Shown piece after piece: positions 24,101 to 37,849 of a stretch of DNA of 64,000 nt. The stretch lies in the NCBI RefSeq assembly GCF_030028105.1, contig NC_092378.1, positions 19,958,715-20,022,714 of the forward strand, in the 5' to 3' direction. The notes beneath the pieces were generated by a model that had not been told where the DNA came from, ran no database searches, and saw nothing but the letters and a program-made list of their open reading frames with translations. Origin of the DNA: Mobula birostris. Its lineage: Eukaryota. The position numbers were made by a program, and so were the translations under genes. Each line of letters opens with the position of its first letter. Positions within the stretch are counted from its first letter, which is position 1.

Positions 24101-24176
24101 TAAGAGGGAGTTAGATATGGCCCTTGTGGCTACGGGGATCAGGGGGTATGGAGGGAAGGCTGGGGCAGGGTTCTGA
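21123..24176 (+). pseudogene. CR1 ORF2: apurinic-like endonuclease plus reverse transcriptase, with one in-frame TAG at 22887-22889
   Basis: Motifs NARS, ITETW, YRPP, SDH (APE) and YLDFQKAFDKV, GVPQGSVLGP, KFADD (RT). The TAG replaces Ser in SLT(S)VVGK. Confidence 0.95.
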
Positions 24177-24540
24177 GTTGGATGATCAGCCATGATCATA
24201 ATAAATGGCGGTGCAGGCTCGAAGGGCCGAATGGCCTACTTCTGCACCTATTTTCTATGTTTCTATTTAACATTCTCTCCACATCCACTCTATTAAGGCC
24301 TTTCATCATTTGATAGATTACAATGAGTTCACTCCTCATTCTTCTGAATTCTGGTAAATACAGGCCCAGAGCTATCAAACACTCTTCATATGACAAGGCA
24401 TTCAATTCTGGAATCATTTTTGTGAATGTCCTTTGAACCCTCTCCAGTTTGAGCACATCCTTTCTAAGATAAGAGGCCCCAAACTGCTCACAATACTCCA
24501 AGACAGGCATCACCAGTGCTTTATAAAGTCTTAACATTAC

Positions 24541-25086
24541 TTTTTAGATTTCTTCTTTAGATTTTCCTCCTAATTTTCCAAACTTTTCTCATAATCTATG
24601 TCCCCTTTCCCTTGATGTAATCCTGAACATCATCTCTGTATCCTAAAGACCTGGAGTCTGTCTTCAGAGTGATGCTGAGAATTACAACCTTGTAAGAGCT
24701 TATGTTGTAATAAAATCAGAAAATGGTGAAAATATGTAGCAGGTCAGGTGCCTTCTCTGGAGGTAAAACAAGTTAATATTCCAGATGATTACCTGATTTG
24801 ATGAAACATTACCTTTTTTCCCCATCTTCCCCAGATGTTAAGTGCAGAGGAGATGTCATGGTTAAGTTTTCTACGCAGAGAGTGGTGAGTGCATGGAATG
24901 GGCTGCTGGCGACAGTGATGGAGGAGGATACGATAGGGTCTTTTAAGAGTCTCCTGGATAGGTACATGGAGCTTAGAAAAATAGAGGGCTATGGGTAACC
25001 CTAGGTCATTTCTAAGGTAAGGACATGTTTGGCACAGCTTTGTGGGCTGAAGAGCTTGTATTGTGCTGTAGGTTTTCTATGTTTCT
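24541..25086 (+). mobile_element. Composite insertion: ~290 nt non-CR1 sequence fused to a CR1 3' end, flanked by attac direct repeats
   Basis: attac at 24536-24540 and 25087-25091. FSTQRVVSAWNGL (CR1 ORF2 C-terminus) and a ttctatgtttcta tail are present. Confidence 0.65.
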
Positions 25087-27959
25087 ATTACATCCCTGCT
25101 TTTACATTCTAGTCCTCTTGAAATGAATGCTAACATTGCATTTGCCTTCGTCATCACAAACTCAACCTGCAAATTAACCTTTGGGGAATCCTGCACAATG
25201 ACTCCCAAATCCCTTTGCACCTCAGTTTTTGTATTTTCTCTCCATTTAGAAAATAGTCAACCCTTTCATTGCTTCTATCAAAGTCCATGACCATACACTT
25301 TGTGACACTGTAATTCATCTGCCCTTTCTTTTCCCATTTTCCTAATCTGTCTGAGTCCTTCTGTAGCTTTCCTTCTTCCACAAAACTACCGGCTCCTCCA
25401 CCTATCTTCATATCGTCAGCAAACTTTGCAACAAAGCCATCAATTCCATCATCATTAACATATAATGTAAATAGAATTGGTCCCAACACAGACCACTATG
25501 GAACACCATGAATCATCGGCAGCCAACCATAGAAGGCTCCTTTTATTCCCATTCTTTGCCTCCTGCCAATCAGCTACTGCTTTATCCATGCTTGAATCTT
25601 TCCTGTAATACCATGGGCTCGTAGCTTGTTAAGCAGCCTCATGTGTGGCACCTTGTCAAAGGCCTTCTGAAAATCCAAGTACACAACATCAACCAATTCT
25701 CCTTTGTCTATCTTGCTTGTTATTTCTTCAAAGAATTCCAAACAGATTTGTCAAGCAAGATTTCCCCTTTCAAAAGCCATGCTGACTACGGCCTATTTTA
25801 TCTCGCGCCTCCAAGTACCCTGAGACCTCGTCCTTAATAATCCACTCTGACGTCTTCCCATCCACTGAGGTCAGACTAACTGGCCTACAATTTTCTTTCT
25901 TCTGCCTCTGTCCCTTCTTGAAGGGTGGAGTGACATTTGAAATAGTCTGGAACCATTCCAGAGTCTGGTGAATCTTTAAAGATCATTACTAATGCCTCCA
26001 TCATCTCTTCATCTACTTCTTTCAGAACCCTGGGGTGTACATCACCTGGTCCAGGTGACTTACCTACCTTCAATCCTTTCAGTTTCCCCAAGAACTTTCT
26101 CTCTAGTTATGGTAACTTCATATGCTTTATGACTCCTGACATTTGTAACTTCCACCATACTCCTACTGTCTTCCATCGTGAAGACTGATGCAAAATACTT
26201 ATTCAGTTCATCCACTATTTCATTATCCCCCATTACTACCTCTCCAGCATCGTTTTCCTACAGTCCAATATCCACTCTCACCTCTCTTTTACTCTTTATG
26301 TATCTGAAGGCTAGCTTACTTTCATATTCTGTCTTTACCTTCTTAATTACTTTTTTAGTTGCCTTCTGTTGATTTTTAAAAGCTTCCCAATCCTTTAACT
26401 TCCCACTAATTTTTGATCCATTATATGCCCTCCCTTTGGCTTTTATGTTAGTTTTGACTTCTCTTGTTAGCCATAGTTGAGTCATTTTGCCTTTAAAATA
26501 CTTCTTCCTCTTTGGGATGTATATATCCTGTGCCTTCCGAATTGCTTCCAGAAATTCGAGCCATTGCTGCTTTGCCATCATCCCTGCCAGTGTTCTTTTA
26601 CAATCAATTCTTGCCAACTCCCCACTCATGTCTTTATAATTCCCTTTACTCTACTGTAGTACTGATACATCTCACTTTAGCTTTTCCTTCTCATATTTTG
26701 AGGTGAATTTGATCATATTATGATCATTTGTCCCTAAGGATTCTTTTACCTTCAGCTCTCTAATCAATTCTAGTTCATTGCACAACACCTAATCCAAAAT
26801 AATTTATCTTCTGGTGGGCTCAACCACAAGCTGCTCTAAAAAGTCATCTCGTAGGCACTTAGAAATTCCTCCTTCTGGAATCCAGCACCAACCTGATTTT
26901 CCCTACTTACTTATTGAAATCCCCCATGACTAAGTTAACAAATTTCATGACACATGCTGGTGATATAAACCTGATTCTGACTGATTCTTCTGACTATTGT
27001 AACATTGCCCTTTTGGTATGCATTTTCTCTCACCCATTGCAATTTGTAGACTACATCGTTACCACTGTTTGGGGGTCTGTATACAACTCCCGCCAGGGTC
27101 TTTTTACCCTTGCAGTTCCTTAGCTCTATTCACAACAATTCAACACCTCTTTCTAATGATTTGATTTCACTTTTTTTTTTACCAACAGAGTAACGCCATC
27201 TCCTCTACCTTCCTGCCTATCCTTTTGATACAATGTGTATCCTTGGACTTTAAACCCTCAGCTATAATCATCTTCCAGCCATGATTCAGTGATGCCTACA
27301 TCATACCTGCCAATTTGCAATTGTACTGCAGGTTCATCCACCCTATTCCGTATATTGCTCGCATTCAAATTCAACCTTTAGTCCTGTATTCGCCCTTTTC
27401 AATTTTCTCCACCTTTTACATTGCAACTCTTCCTGTTGACCACAATTTTCCCCTACCAACAGCCTCTCCTCACTACGCATTGCCTGTTTGTAAACCAGCT
27501 GCCTCAACTTCAGCACTATCATCTGCCTTTCATATGATTCTTCTTGCATTGAAATACAGGCAACTCAGGACATTAGCTGCACCATGCTCAACCTTTTGAT
27601 TTCTAACTTCTCTAGTCAAAGTTTGTTTGGATTCCTCACTGGATGAGGGAACTGATGAAACTCACTGATTTGCTTTTCACTACTTCTGTTCATCTACCAA
27701 AACTGTCATTAACACAATAGATTAGCACACCTTCCTTTTCCTCTTAATTCCTGTTGACTGAGCTCTTTTATGTTGCCACAAAATGGAAAGTGCTCTGTTC
27801 AACCAAGCTCCTGTAACTATTGTAGATTGATTCTAATCAGTGCGATCTGGAGGTGGCCAAAGAGCATAATGTTTAGAGAGTAGATTCAGTGTCAGTCAAA
27901 ACAACTGCTTTGTCCTGGATGGTGTCTGAGTTCTTGAGTGTCATTGGAATAAAGCTGTG

Positions 27960-30900
27960 ATCCAAAATTCTAGATTCTGCTACTAAAAGGGAATATGTCT
28001 CCATATCATTGTTGTCAAGAGCACTTGGGAACTTAAATGTTTCACTTGTCTCAATTCCAGCAGATACATACCTGGCTTCCCCAAGCTTTCCTCAAAAGAT
28101 AATCAGTCCACCCATCCTACTAATCTGGTAAATCTTCTCTGAGATGCTCCTCATACATTTACATCCCACCTTAATAATGACCAATACCACATATGGTAAT
28201 CCAAATGAGGCCTCACCAGTGCTTTTTATGGCCTCTGCATTACATTCTTACATTTATACTCTACTCCTCTTAAAATGAATGCTAAGATTGCATTCACCTT
28301 CCTCACCAATGATTCAATTTGCAAATTAACCTCCAGGGAATCCTGCATGACACCCCATCTACCCATTCACCAAACAGAAACTCCGTTTCATTTGTGACTA
28401 CCAACTAAAAGTATTCTTAAAAGTTAGTTATTTGTCACATACACATCAAAACATTTAGGACCTACCTAAAATTCTGACTCCATGTACAGATTTACCCTGT
28501 AGACTAACCCTTATGGGAAACCACTAGCAAAGCCATCCAATTGCAAAACAACCCTCTAGCATCATTCACTCTCTCCTAATCAAGAACCTGTCAACCTCCA
28601 CTTTAACTATATCCAGTAACTTGGCCTCCACTGTCATCTGTGGCGATGGTTTCCACAGATTCACCACCCTCGGGCTAAAGACATTTTTCATCATCTCTGT
28701 TCTGAAAGAGCATCCTTCCCTCTGTTCCAAGAATCTCCCACTACTGGAAACATCCTCTTCATGACCACTCTTTCCAGATCTTTCAATATTCAGTAGCTGT
28801 CAATGACATTCCCCTCATTCTTCTAAATTCCAGGGTCAGCCTTGAAAACCTCCTCTGGACCCTCTCCAATTCCAACACGCTTCCTTAGATATACCCATAG
28901 TACCCAAAACTACTTGCAGCACTCCAAATATGGTCTGATCGACACTTTATGAGGCCCCAGCATTAAATTCTTGCTTTTATAGTCATCTCAAAATTAACGC
29001 TAACATTGCAGTTACTTTCCTTACTCAACCAGCAAGTTAAGATTCAGGGAATCCTGTACTTGGACTTCTAAGTTCCCTTGCACCTCCAATTTCCAATTTT
29101 GCTATCCATTTACAATATAGAGTACACCTTTATTCCTTCTACCAAAGTGTATGTCTGAACACCTCCCTATGGTGTATTCCATTTACCACATCTTTGCCCA
29201 TTCTTCTAATCTGTTGTTCTGTAACCTCCCTGCTTCCTCAACACTACCTGTCCCTTCACCTATCATTGTATCATCCACCAACTTAGTCACAAAGCACCAA
29301 TTCCATCATCTGGATCATTAACACAGAACATGAACAGTTGAAGATCCAACGCCTGCAGAACACTATTAGTCACCGGCAGCCTACTAGAAAAGGCCTTCTG
29401 AAAATCCAGGTAAACCACATCCACTAACACTCCTTTGTCTATCCGGCTTGTTACTTCCTCAAAGAATTCCAAAAGATTTGCCCTGGATCCCATGAGCCTA
29501 ATGTTTTGAACCAGTTTCCCACGTGGAACTGTGTTAAAAGCTTTACTAAAGACCATGAAAATCTCATCTACTGCCCTGTCCTCAATGCCCTTTATAACCT
29601 CTTCAAAGAGTTCAATCAGATCATGATCTGCCCTTGACCAAACCAATGTTGGTAGTCTCTGGTCCCTGCCAGTCCAAGGGATCATTCCTGTTCTCCCTTA
29701 GATCCTTTTCCAATATCTTCTCTACCACTGATGTTAGGCTTGCATGTCGGTAGTTATCTGCCCTTATTGAAAGGGAGGACTGCAATTGCTATCTTCTAGA
29801 CATCCGGTACCTCACTTGAGCCCAGCGAAGATTTAAAAATGCCAGCTGCAGCCCCAGCAGTTTCTTTCACTTGGAACTGCCTGAAATAGATCCTATCTTG
29901 TCCTGGGAATCTGCCCACCTTTAAACCAACCAAGGCATTGAACACCTTTTTATTTATTAAGATCCTCACCAGACTTCCAGAAGACCATAAGGCACAGGAG
30001 CAGAATTAGGCAATTTGGCTCATTGCATCTGCTCTGCCATATCAACATGGCTGATCCATTCCCCTCATAACCCCATTCTACTTCGCCCCGTAGCCTTTCA
30101 CGCCATGACTAACCAAGAACCCTTCTACCAAAGTCTTAGATGTACCCAATGATCTGGCCTCCAAGCCACCTGCGGGAATGAATTCCACATATCTACCACC
30201 CTCTGGCTAAAGAAATTCCTCCTCATCTCTGTTCTAAATGGACACCTCTTTTTGTGAGGTTGTGCCTTTGGTCCTGGACTCCCAGACCAAAGGAAAAATC
30301 CTCTTTACATCAACTCTATCAAGACCTTTGACATTTGATAGGTTTCAATAAGATCTCCTCTCATTCTTCTAAATTCCAGCAAGTACAAGCCCAGAGCCTT
30401 CAATTGCTGCTCTCATGATAACTTTCATTTCCAGAATCATTCTTCTGAACCTCCTCCGAACTCTCTCCAATATCAGCACATGCTTTTTTAAATAAGCAGC
30501 CCAAAACTACTCACAATACTCCAAATGAGTCCTCACCCATGCCTTTTATGGCCCCTGCATTACATCCTTGGTTTTATATTCCAGTCCTCTTGAAATGGAT
30601 GCTAACATTGCATTCACCTTCCTCACCAATGATTCAATTTGCAAATTAACCTCCAGGGAATCCTACATGACCACCCACCTACCTATTCACCAAATAGAAG
30701 CTCTGTTTCATTTGTGAATACCAATTAAAAGTATTCTTAAAGGTTATCTATATTGTATCATTTCTTAATGCATGCATTACTAAATGACAATAAAAGGGGA
30801 CTATGTGTCTTCATAATCTATTGTCGCATATACATCAACACACTTAGGACCTCATGTATAATTCTGGCTCCATGCACAGATTTACCCTTTAGTCCCTAAT

Positions 30901-33000
30901 GGGTCCTATATTTTTTCTAGTTATTCCTTTGCTCTTAATGTAATGAGAATGATTGTTCATGTCTCCTCTCAGCTTTCCAAATATTTTTGAGTACCTTACT
31001 ACACTTCTTATACCCTTGTCATTATCTATCACATGCTTCCTATTCTCTCACCAACCCTCGATATCCAGGGTTCCTAATACTTGTTACATAGAAACATAAA
31101 AATCTACAGCACATTACAGGCCCTTCGGCCCACAATATTGTGCCGACCATATAACCTACTGGAGAAGCTGCCTAGAATTTCCCTACCACATAGCCCTCTA
31201 TTTTTCTAAGCTCCATGTACCTATCTAAGAATCTCTTAAAAGATCCTATTGCATTCGCCTCTACCACCATCGCTGGCAGTGCATTCCATGCACCACCACT
31301 CTCTGTGTGAAAAACTTACCTCTGACATCTCTCTTGTACCTACCTCCACATACCATAAAACTATGCCCCCTCATGTTAGCCATTTCAACCCTGGGGAAAA
31401 GCCTCCGGTTATCCACACGGTCACTGTCTCTCATCATCTTATACACCTCTATCAGGTCATCTCTCATCCTCCATTGCTCAAAGGAGAAAAGACCAAGTTA
31501 ACTCAACCTATTCTCATCAGGCACGCTCTCCAAACCAGGCAACATCCTTGTAAGTCTCCTCTGCACTTTTTATATAGTATCCACATCCTTCCTGTAGTGA
31601 GGTGACTAGAACTGAACACAGTACTCCATGTGGGGTCTGACCAAGGTCTTATATAGCTGTAACATTATCTCACAGCTTTTGAGCTCAATCCTACGGTTGA
31701 TGAAGGCCAACACACCATACGCCTTCTTAACAACAGTCAACCTGTGCAGCAGCTTTGATTGTCCTATGAACATGGACCCCAAGATCTCACTGATCCTCTA
31801 CACTGCCAAATGTCTTACCATTAATATTATATTCTGTCTTCAAATTTGACCTACCAAAATTAACCTCTTTGCACTTATCTGGGTTGAACTCCATCTGCCA
31901 CTTCTCAGCCCAGTTCTGCATCCTATTGATGTCCCACTATAACCTCTGACAACCCTCCAGACTATTCACAACACTCCCAACCTTTGTGTCATCAGCAAAC
32001 TTACCTTCTACTTCCTCATCCAGGTCATTTATAAAAATCACAAAGAGGAGGGGTCCCAGAACAGATCACTGCAGAACACCACTGGTCACCAACCTCCATG
32101 CAGATTACGAACCATCTACAACCACCCTTTGCCTTCTGTGGTCAAGCCAATTCTGGATCCACAGAGCAAGGTCTCCTTGGATCCCATGCCTCATTACTTT
32201 CTGAGAGAACCTCACATGGGGAAGCTTATTACCCCTGGATCTTAGCTTTGAAGAAACATGTTGACCTTGAACTTATGCCATTTCTTCTTTGAATGCTTCC
32301 CACTGTATAGAATTTACCTTGGAGAGATCTTCCCTTTGGTAATTAAATTGGCCTTCAGCAAATTTAAGAACGTTATTTCTGGCCCATTTCTATTCTTTTC
32401 CATAATCTGTTACAATATAGGGAGTTACACTCACAATCTCCAAGGTTCTCGTCCACTCACACTCCTTCCACTTGACCAGCTACATTGCCCAATATAAGGT
32501 TCAGAGATGCTCCTTTCATTATTGTTCTATCTACACAGTGTATCCAAAAGCTCTCCTGAACATACCTCAAAAAATCCACCCCATTTGAGCCTTTAAAGCT
32601 ATGGAGATCCAAGTTAATATTTAGAGAACTGAAATCCACTGGGATGGAAACCCAGTATTGCATCCTTCTAATACCTTCCCACCCAATGGTTTCCTCTGTT
32701 GACTATTGGGACGTCTATAATATATTGCCAGCAAATGATGATGCCCTTTTTGTTTCTAATTTTTACCCTTATGATTTTATTTGATATTTTCTCTCAGTAA
32801 TTAATTAAGTACTGTAATGCAATACCTCCTCCCTTTTTACTCCCCATTCTGTCTCACCTGAAAATTCTACACCCTGGGGTATCGAGTTGACAGTACTGCC
32901 TTCGTTCAACCATGTCTCAGTAATGCCAACAGTATTAAATAACCTTGTATTAACTAAAGTTCTGGGCTCACCTGCTTAACTAGACCTCCTCTTAATACCA
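27960..33000 (-). mobile_element. Cluster of several degraded minus-strand CR1 fragments (e.g. ~28570-29940, ~29980-30670, ~31085-32230, ~32230-33000)
   Basis: Repeated RT and 3'-end motifs (YLDFQKAF, FTQRVV) and gaccataag/catagaaa tails. Confidence 0.8.
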
Positions 33001-33269
33001 CCAGTACTCAGAATCTTCCCAACTCGCAGCTCCAGTAATTTGCTAAGTAACATGCTCTGGTGAAAGTAATTTTCTCAAGTTCCTCCCTCCCTTATAATTC
33101 CTGATTTACAGCTATTTCGGGAATGTTAAGTATATTATCTACAGTGAAGAAAGATGCAAAATATCTAATTCATCTATCCTCTTAATTTCTAAGTTTAATC
33201 ACCAACTCATTTTTGAAAGGGTAAACACACTTTCACTCTTTCCTTTTTAAAATATCTATATCATTAAAC

Positions 33270-33297
33270 ATATATATATGTGTGTGTGTGTGTGTGT
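33270..33297. repeat. (TA)n(TG)n microsatellite
   Basis: atatatatatgtgtgtgtgtgtgtgtgt. Confidence 0.9.
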
Positions 33298-33379
33298 ACA
33301 AATGTTTGTATTTAAATATCTGTATTAAACATCTGTTTTCACAATTGTAGCTACAGTTCTCACATTTATATCTACGTGT

Positions 33380-33668
33380 GCCACGGTAGTGTAGCAGTTA
33401 ACACGACACTATTACAACTCGGGGCAGTTCTGGAGTTCAGAGTTCAATTCCGGTGCTGTTCTGTAAGGAGTTTCTGTACGTCCTCCTCATGGAATGCATG
33501 GGTTTCCTCCGGGTGCTCCAGTTTCCTCTCACAGTCCAAAGATGTACCAGGTAGGTTAATTGGTCATTATAAATTACCCTGTGATTAAGTTAGGGTTAAT
33601 CAGGGTTGCTGGGGCAACATGGGTCAAAGGGCCGAAAGGCCTACTCCACACTGTATAACTAAATAAAG
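33380..33668 (+). mobile_element. tRNA-derived V-SINE (HE1-like)
   Basis: A-box-like cggtagtgtagcagtta, B-box gttcaattcc, V-domain tgggtttcctccgggtgctccagtttcctc..cagtccaaaga, CR1-like tail. Confidence 0.8.
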
Positions 33669-33899
33669 AAACAAATCACTGAGATTTTCATCTTGCACTT
33701 AAAGTGAAAACTTGTTAAGTTCAAAATGTATACTCACGCTCTACTTCCACCCCTTCTCATCTATCCCAACTTACTCATCACTCCCACACAGACAAAACTA
33801 GCTCTGTAAAATTATCCGACTGCAGGAGAGCCTGTGTTCCCACAGGGCAGGAGGCAATATGAAAGACACAGATTCTTCACAAGAGAATCTTGAAGAAAT

Positions 33900-34161
33900 G
33901 TGCTCTTGTATTACACAAAAGTTAAACTTTATTTTTGTGTTTTTTTTATTTTTGTAGAATTTTGCTAATGGCAAAATAATAAAATAGAACAACGACAACT
34001 TTGTTTGGTACAACATAAAACATGTCCACATGAGAACAAAACATAACATATAGAGTCTTTAATTCAGATTTTCATCCATTTTATCATGCTGCCTTGCATT
34101 CTGCAAGATATGAGCTTGGCACAGGTGTCATGGCAACCAGTTTATCACAAGTCCTTTCTTC
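33900..34161 (-). terminator. ST7: ST7 3' UTR with two AATAAA polyadenylation signals (33950-33945 and 33933-33928)
   Basis: tttatt occurs twice on the + strand ~210-230 nt past the stop codon. The cleavage site cannot be fixed from sequence. Confidence 0.6.
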
Positions 34162-34257
34162 TTAGATTCGTGTCAATTGATGCCATAGGCTAGAAGGCAA
34201 GATGCTTTCAACCTTCTCCATCACAAAATTCAATGGAGCAAACAGAGTACTGAGAAA
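34162..34257 (-). CDS. ST7: ST7 terminal coding exon: FLSTLFAPLNFVMEKVESILPSSLWHQLTRI*
   Basis: Acceptor tttttccctgcag, 31 codons plus TAA (34164-34162). Matches the ST7 C-terminus as I recall it. Confidence 0.96.
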   Translation of the reverse strand, partial: FLSTLFAPLNFVMEKVESILPSSLWHQLTRI

Positions 34258-34527
34258 CTGCAGGGAAAAATAATGGAAAATCCTGTTTAAGGAGAGAGTT
34301 AAGCGCAGAAAATAAACATTAAAAAACACAAAGCAAACTTGAGATGTGTATTCAAGAAAATAGTTCTGCCATTAATTTAATTCAAACAATTATAGATCAC
34401 TTTAGCATTCATACAAATTAAAAAGCTCCATGTACTCCGCAACCTTACTCTACAACAGATGCACCTACTATATGTTTTATTCTACAGAAAGCATTGCAGT
34501 GAACCCAGTCTAAACATTTAGTGCTAA

Positions 34528-35210
34528 TCCGAGAGATTCTGCAGATGCTGGAAATCTTGAGCAATGCACACAAAATGCTGGAGGATCTCAGCAGGTCAAT
34601 CAGCATCTGTGGAGGGAAATGAACAGTCAACATTTTGGGCCAATGCCCTCATCAGGATCTGTCCGATGAAGGATCTCAGCCGGAAACATCGACTGTTTAT
34701 TTTCCTCCACAGATGTTGCCTGACATAATGGTGACTTTTTCTTGCTGATATATTGACTGTTCAGCACTGTCATTGCTACAACACTTTGGATGAGGGGGCA
34801 ACAATGGAAGAGAAGTCTCCTGGTATCTCTGTTAAATTTTTCCTTAAGCATTAATTTTCCTTTAACATGCCCACGCTCTTGTCAACTAAAGCAACTTTTG
34901 GCTGCAAATCAGTGAATTCAGGTTGAGAAGAGATATGGAATAAAAAGGATGTGATAACTTGCTATTTTCATAAATGCACACACAAGATGCTGGAGGAATT
35001 CAGCAGGTCAGGCAGCATCTATGGAAAAGAGTAAACAGTCAACGTTTTGGGCTGAGACCCTTCATCAGGACTGAATGATGACGGGTCTGGGCCTGACATG
35101 TTGACTGTTTATTCATTTCCATAGATGGTGCCTGACCTGCTGAGTTCCTCCAGCAATTTTTGTGTGTTGCTTTGGATTTCCAGCATCTGAAGATTTTCTC
35201 GTGTTCGTGA
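34528..35210. mobile_element. Two further fold-back Penelope-type mini-elements (~34528-34723 and ~34975-35207) with decayed hammerhead motifs
   Basis: Same tgctggagga..cagcatct / cccttcatcagga / gatttccagcatctg modules. Related copies at ~4780-5170, ~35900-36095, ~45303-45430, ~56880-57160 and ~61142-61278. Confidence 0.75.
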
Positions 35211-37849
35211 TTTTATTAGATTCTCCTTCATTTTAGACATCACTGATAACATGTAAGATCATTTGGTGATTATTTGAGGAAGTACTTTGCTAATTGTTCA
35301 AGATCAGGCTCCTAATTCCACAAGCTAATCAACAGATTAGTTTGAAAACCGTTAATCACTAGCACTGCATTAATTACCCTGTTGTTAACATTAGATTTGA
35401 ATGCTAAAAGTGCTAAATCCAATTATCAAGTGAGAACATGATATATTAATTTTGCAATTCTAACAAAACTCCAGGCTGTTCCAGTCGTCTCTAAATCCAT
35501 GGTTTGAGACACAACTTACTGGGGAAGAACGACAGAAGAAAATTGAAGTGCAAACAAGGAGAGAGAAAAAAGTGGGCACATTTGTAAACTGGAGTTGAAT
35601 GTTTAAATATTTAAAAGCCCCACAGGCACTAAAACATGTCCTTCGCAGTCCACACATCCCTTCTTCTGTTTACCTGAATGGATCTGAAATCGCCTGTGCT
35701 TCTAGATTTTGCAGCAGGATCTACCCCTGGGGGAAGTAAACACAAACACACCCATGGGCCAGAGTGATCTGTTGTCATGGTGATTGTTACCTCCTTGAGG
35801 TTGCTATCCAAAACCAAGTCGAAACTCTCCTTAATGCCCCCATGAACGAACATTTTCCCAAGGGACGCAACTCAAAAATGCATAAAATAGTGGAAATCCC
35901 ACGGCAACACATATAAAATGCGAGAGGAACTTAGCAGATCATGCAGCCTCTACAGAGAGGAACAAACAGTCAATGCTTCAGGCCGAAACCCTTCATCAGG
36001 GCAGGGGAAGGAAGCCAGCCCAAAACGTCAACTATAGATGCAGCCTGACTTGCCCAGTTCACCCAGTATTTTGTCTGTATTTTTTCTTCATCTGCCCACC
36101 ATCTATGAGCTTCTGCCATTAGAATGTAGGTGACATCAGTTCCGCATGATTGACATAGAACAAAGAACAGTAAAATATTGGACAGGTCATCCGGCCCAAA
36201 GGTCAGCATAAATTTGGACAGGGCATTCGGCCCATGATGTTGTTCCAGTCTTGATGCCAATTTATATTAAGTACCTTCCTCCTGCATATTATCCATATGA
36301 GTCCATTCCCTTCATATTCACGTGACATCTGGTGAAAGTGCTCCCACTTGTTTAGGATGGAAAAATTTCATTCGTAGCAGAGGACAGGAAAATTGCATTA
36401 AGTGCAACATTTAACTGACCTTTGCCCCTTTGCCTCTGCTTCGCACTGGGTACATTTTTATTTTGGGTGTTCAACACAAAATTAAGTTATCAACAGATTC
36501 TCCCAATAAACTCCACTGAGCGGCACAGTGAAGGGTTGAGTAGAGGAATACTGACCACAAACCCATCAGATTTATGAATCAGTTCTTGCAAATTAAATAC
36601 CCATTGAGATACCAAAGTGGGAACGAGGTGTAGAGACGACACCTGAATGGTTAAATCCTGAAGTGTTGTTAAGGATTCCTACCACCCATTCCACAATCTG
36701 TTCAACCCACCACCGTCAGTAAGGAGGTACAGGATTATCAGGACTAGGGGATCAACAGCTTCTTCCCCTAGGTAGTGAGACTGTGAGTTCGTTTGGATGG
36801 CCAGAAAAAATAGCTAGAATGGTGTTGGGGGAGAAGCGAGTGAGGAGGCTCATTGTCCATTTTGTAGCTGCTACATGAGCTCATCGGTACTGGTGGGCGG
36901 GAAATTAAACTCACCACACAGATCAAGGCAGCAATTACAAACTGCTACTATGCTTCTCAAACCGTGACACTCAATTTATATTCATCTCCTGTGCTCAGTG
37001 TCAACATTTGAAACATTATCATCTATTCATTATAGATCCAGTTGTAATCACTGTTCTTCTGACCTCGCTCCACATTAACATTGTAAACTTACTAATGAAC
37101 AAAGCATAGACAATTAAATAAAAAACCTACAGGCAGGCAGCTCCCAAAAGCACCATTGTCTGTCAAGAGGTCTATTGAAAATATGGTCCTGCTGTCCGTA
37201 AAAGATTTCTTTACTGGTGAAAAGGTTACTGCACAAATAGCAAAAGGTCATGGTCCTGACTGACCAGCAGCATCTAAGTTTTGGCATTCCAATTCCCTAC
37301 AGTATGGCCAGCTGCCACTGTCTCTTTAAGATTCAGACTGCCAATTATTGCCTGCACATTCCTTCATGGAAAGTCTGTACTTAACTGCCTCGTGCTGAGC
37401 ACTCAGTGCTCAATCACAGGAGTTTCATTTCTAGTACTATGGTTTGTGATTTTTTTGCCTTTGGATTCTGGTTTTGTTGTCTTGTTCATTTTGAGCCTAA
37501 GTCTAAGTCTAAGACTTTACTCTGCACTTGGGTTCACCACTGTCCGTAGGTCTTTCGTTACACAAAATGCCTGGGGTTATTCAGCATGTTTAAATTACAA
37601 GAGTTCTCTCACTGCCAAGTGTCCTATCCCATCTGAAGGCTGCTGAACAACCATATCCGGCAGCATTAAAGCACAAGGAGCAGCCTATCAAGTTCAAAAG
37701 TCCTATATAAATATTTCTTCAATAGAAAGCCTTCTGTAATTTTATTATGTAAGTGTTATGTTTAATTATAAAAATGTGCATGAAAGGCAAAATCCAACAA
37801 TTACTCCACCACAGGTGTCAGAACTAGATCTTGAGATGAGTAATGTCAA

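Larger units (their letters stand above)
19838..24266 (+). mobile_element. Near full-length, young CR1-clade LINE (5' UTR, ORF1, ORF2, 3' UTR ending in ttctatgtttctat)
   Basis: CpG-rich 5' UTR, ORF1 with zinc finger and SGNH esterase, ORF2 with APE and RT, short microsatellite tail. It interrupts an older minus-strand CR1. Confidence 0.95.
19520..27600 (-). mobile_element. Older CR1 LINE (host), present as three collinear pieces: ~19520-19837, ~24267-24540, ~25087-27600
   Basis: Minus-strand ORF2 fragments (24196..24537, 25154..25489, 25885..26091, 26258..26629, 27343..27549). The 3' tail repeat gaccataa is at ~19520. Confidence 0.88.

Noticed and set aside
21509-24199. Long antisense ORFs (258, 134 and 230 aa) over CR1 ORF2
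   Set aside because: Antisense shadows of the retrotransposon coding frame, with no independent protein features.
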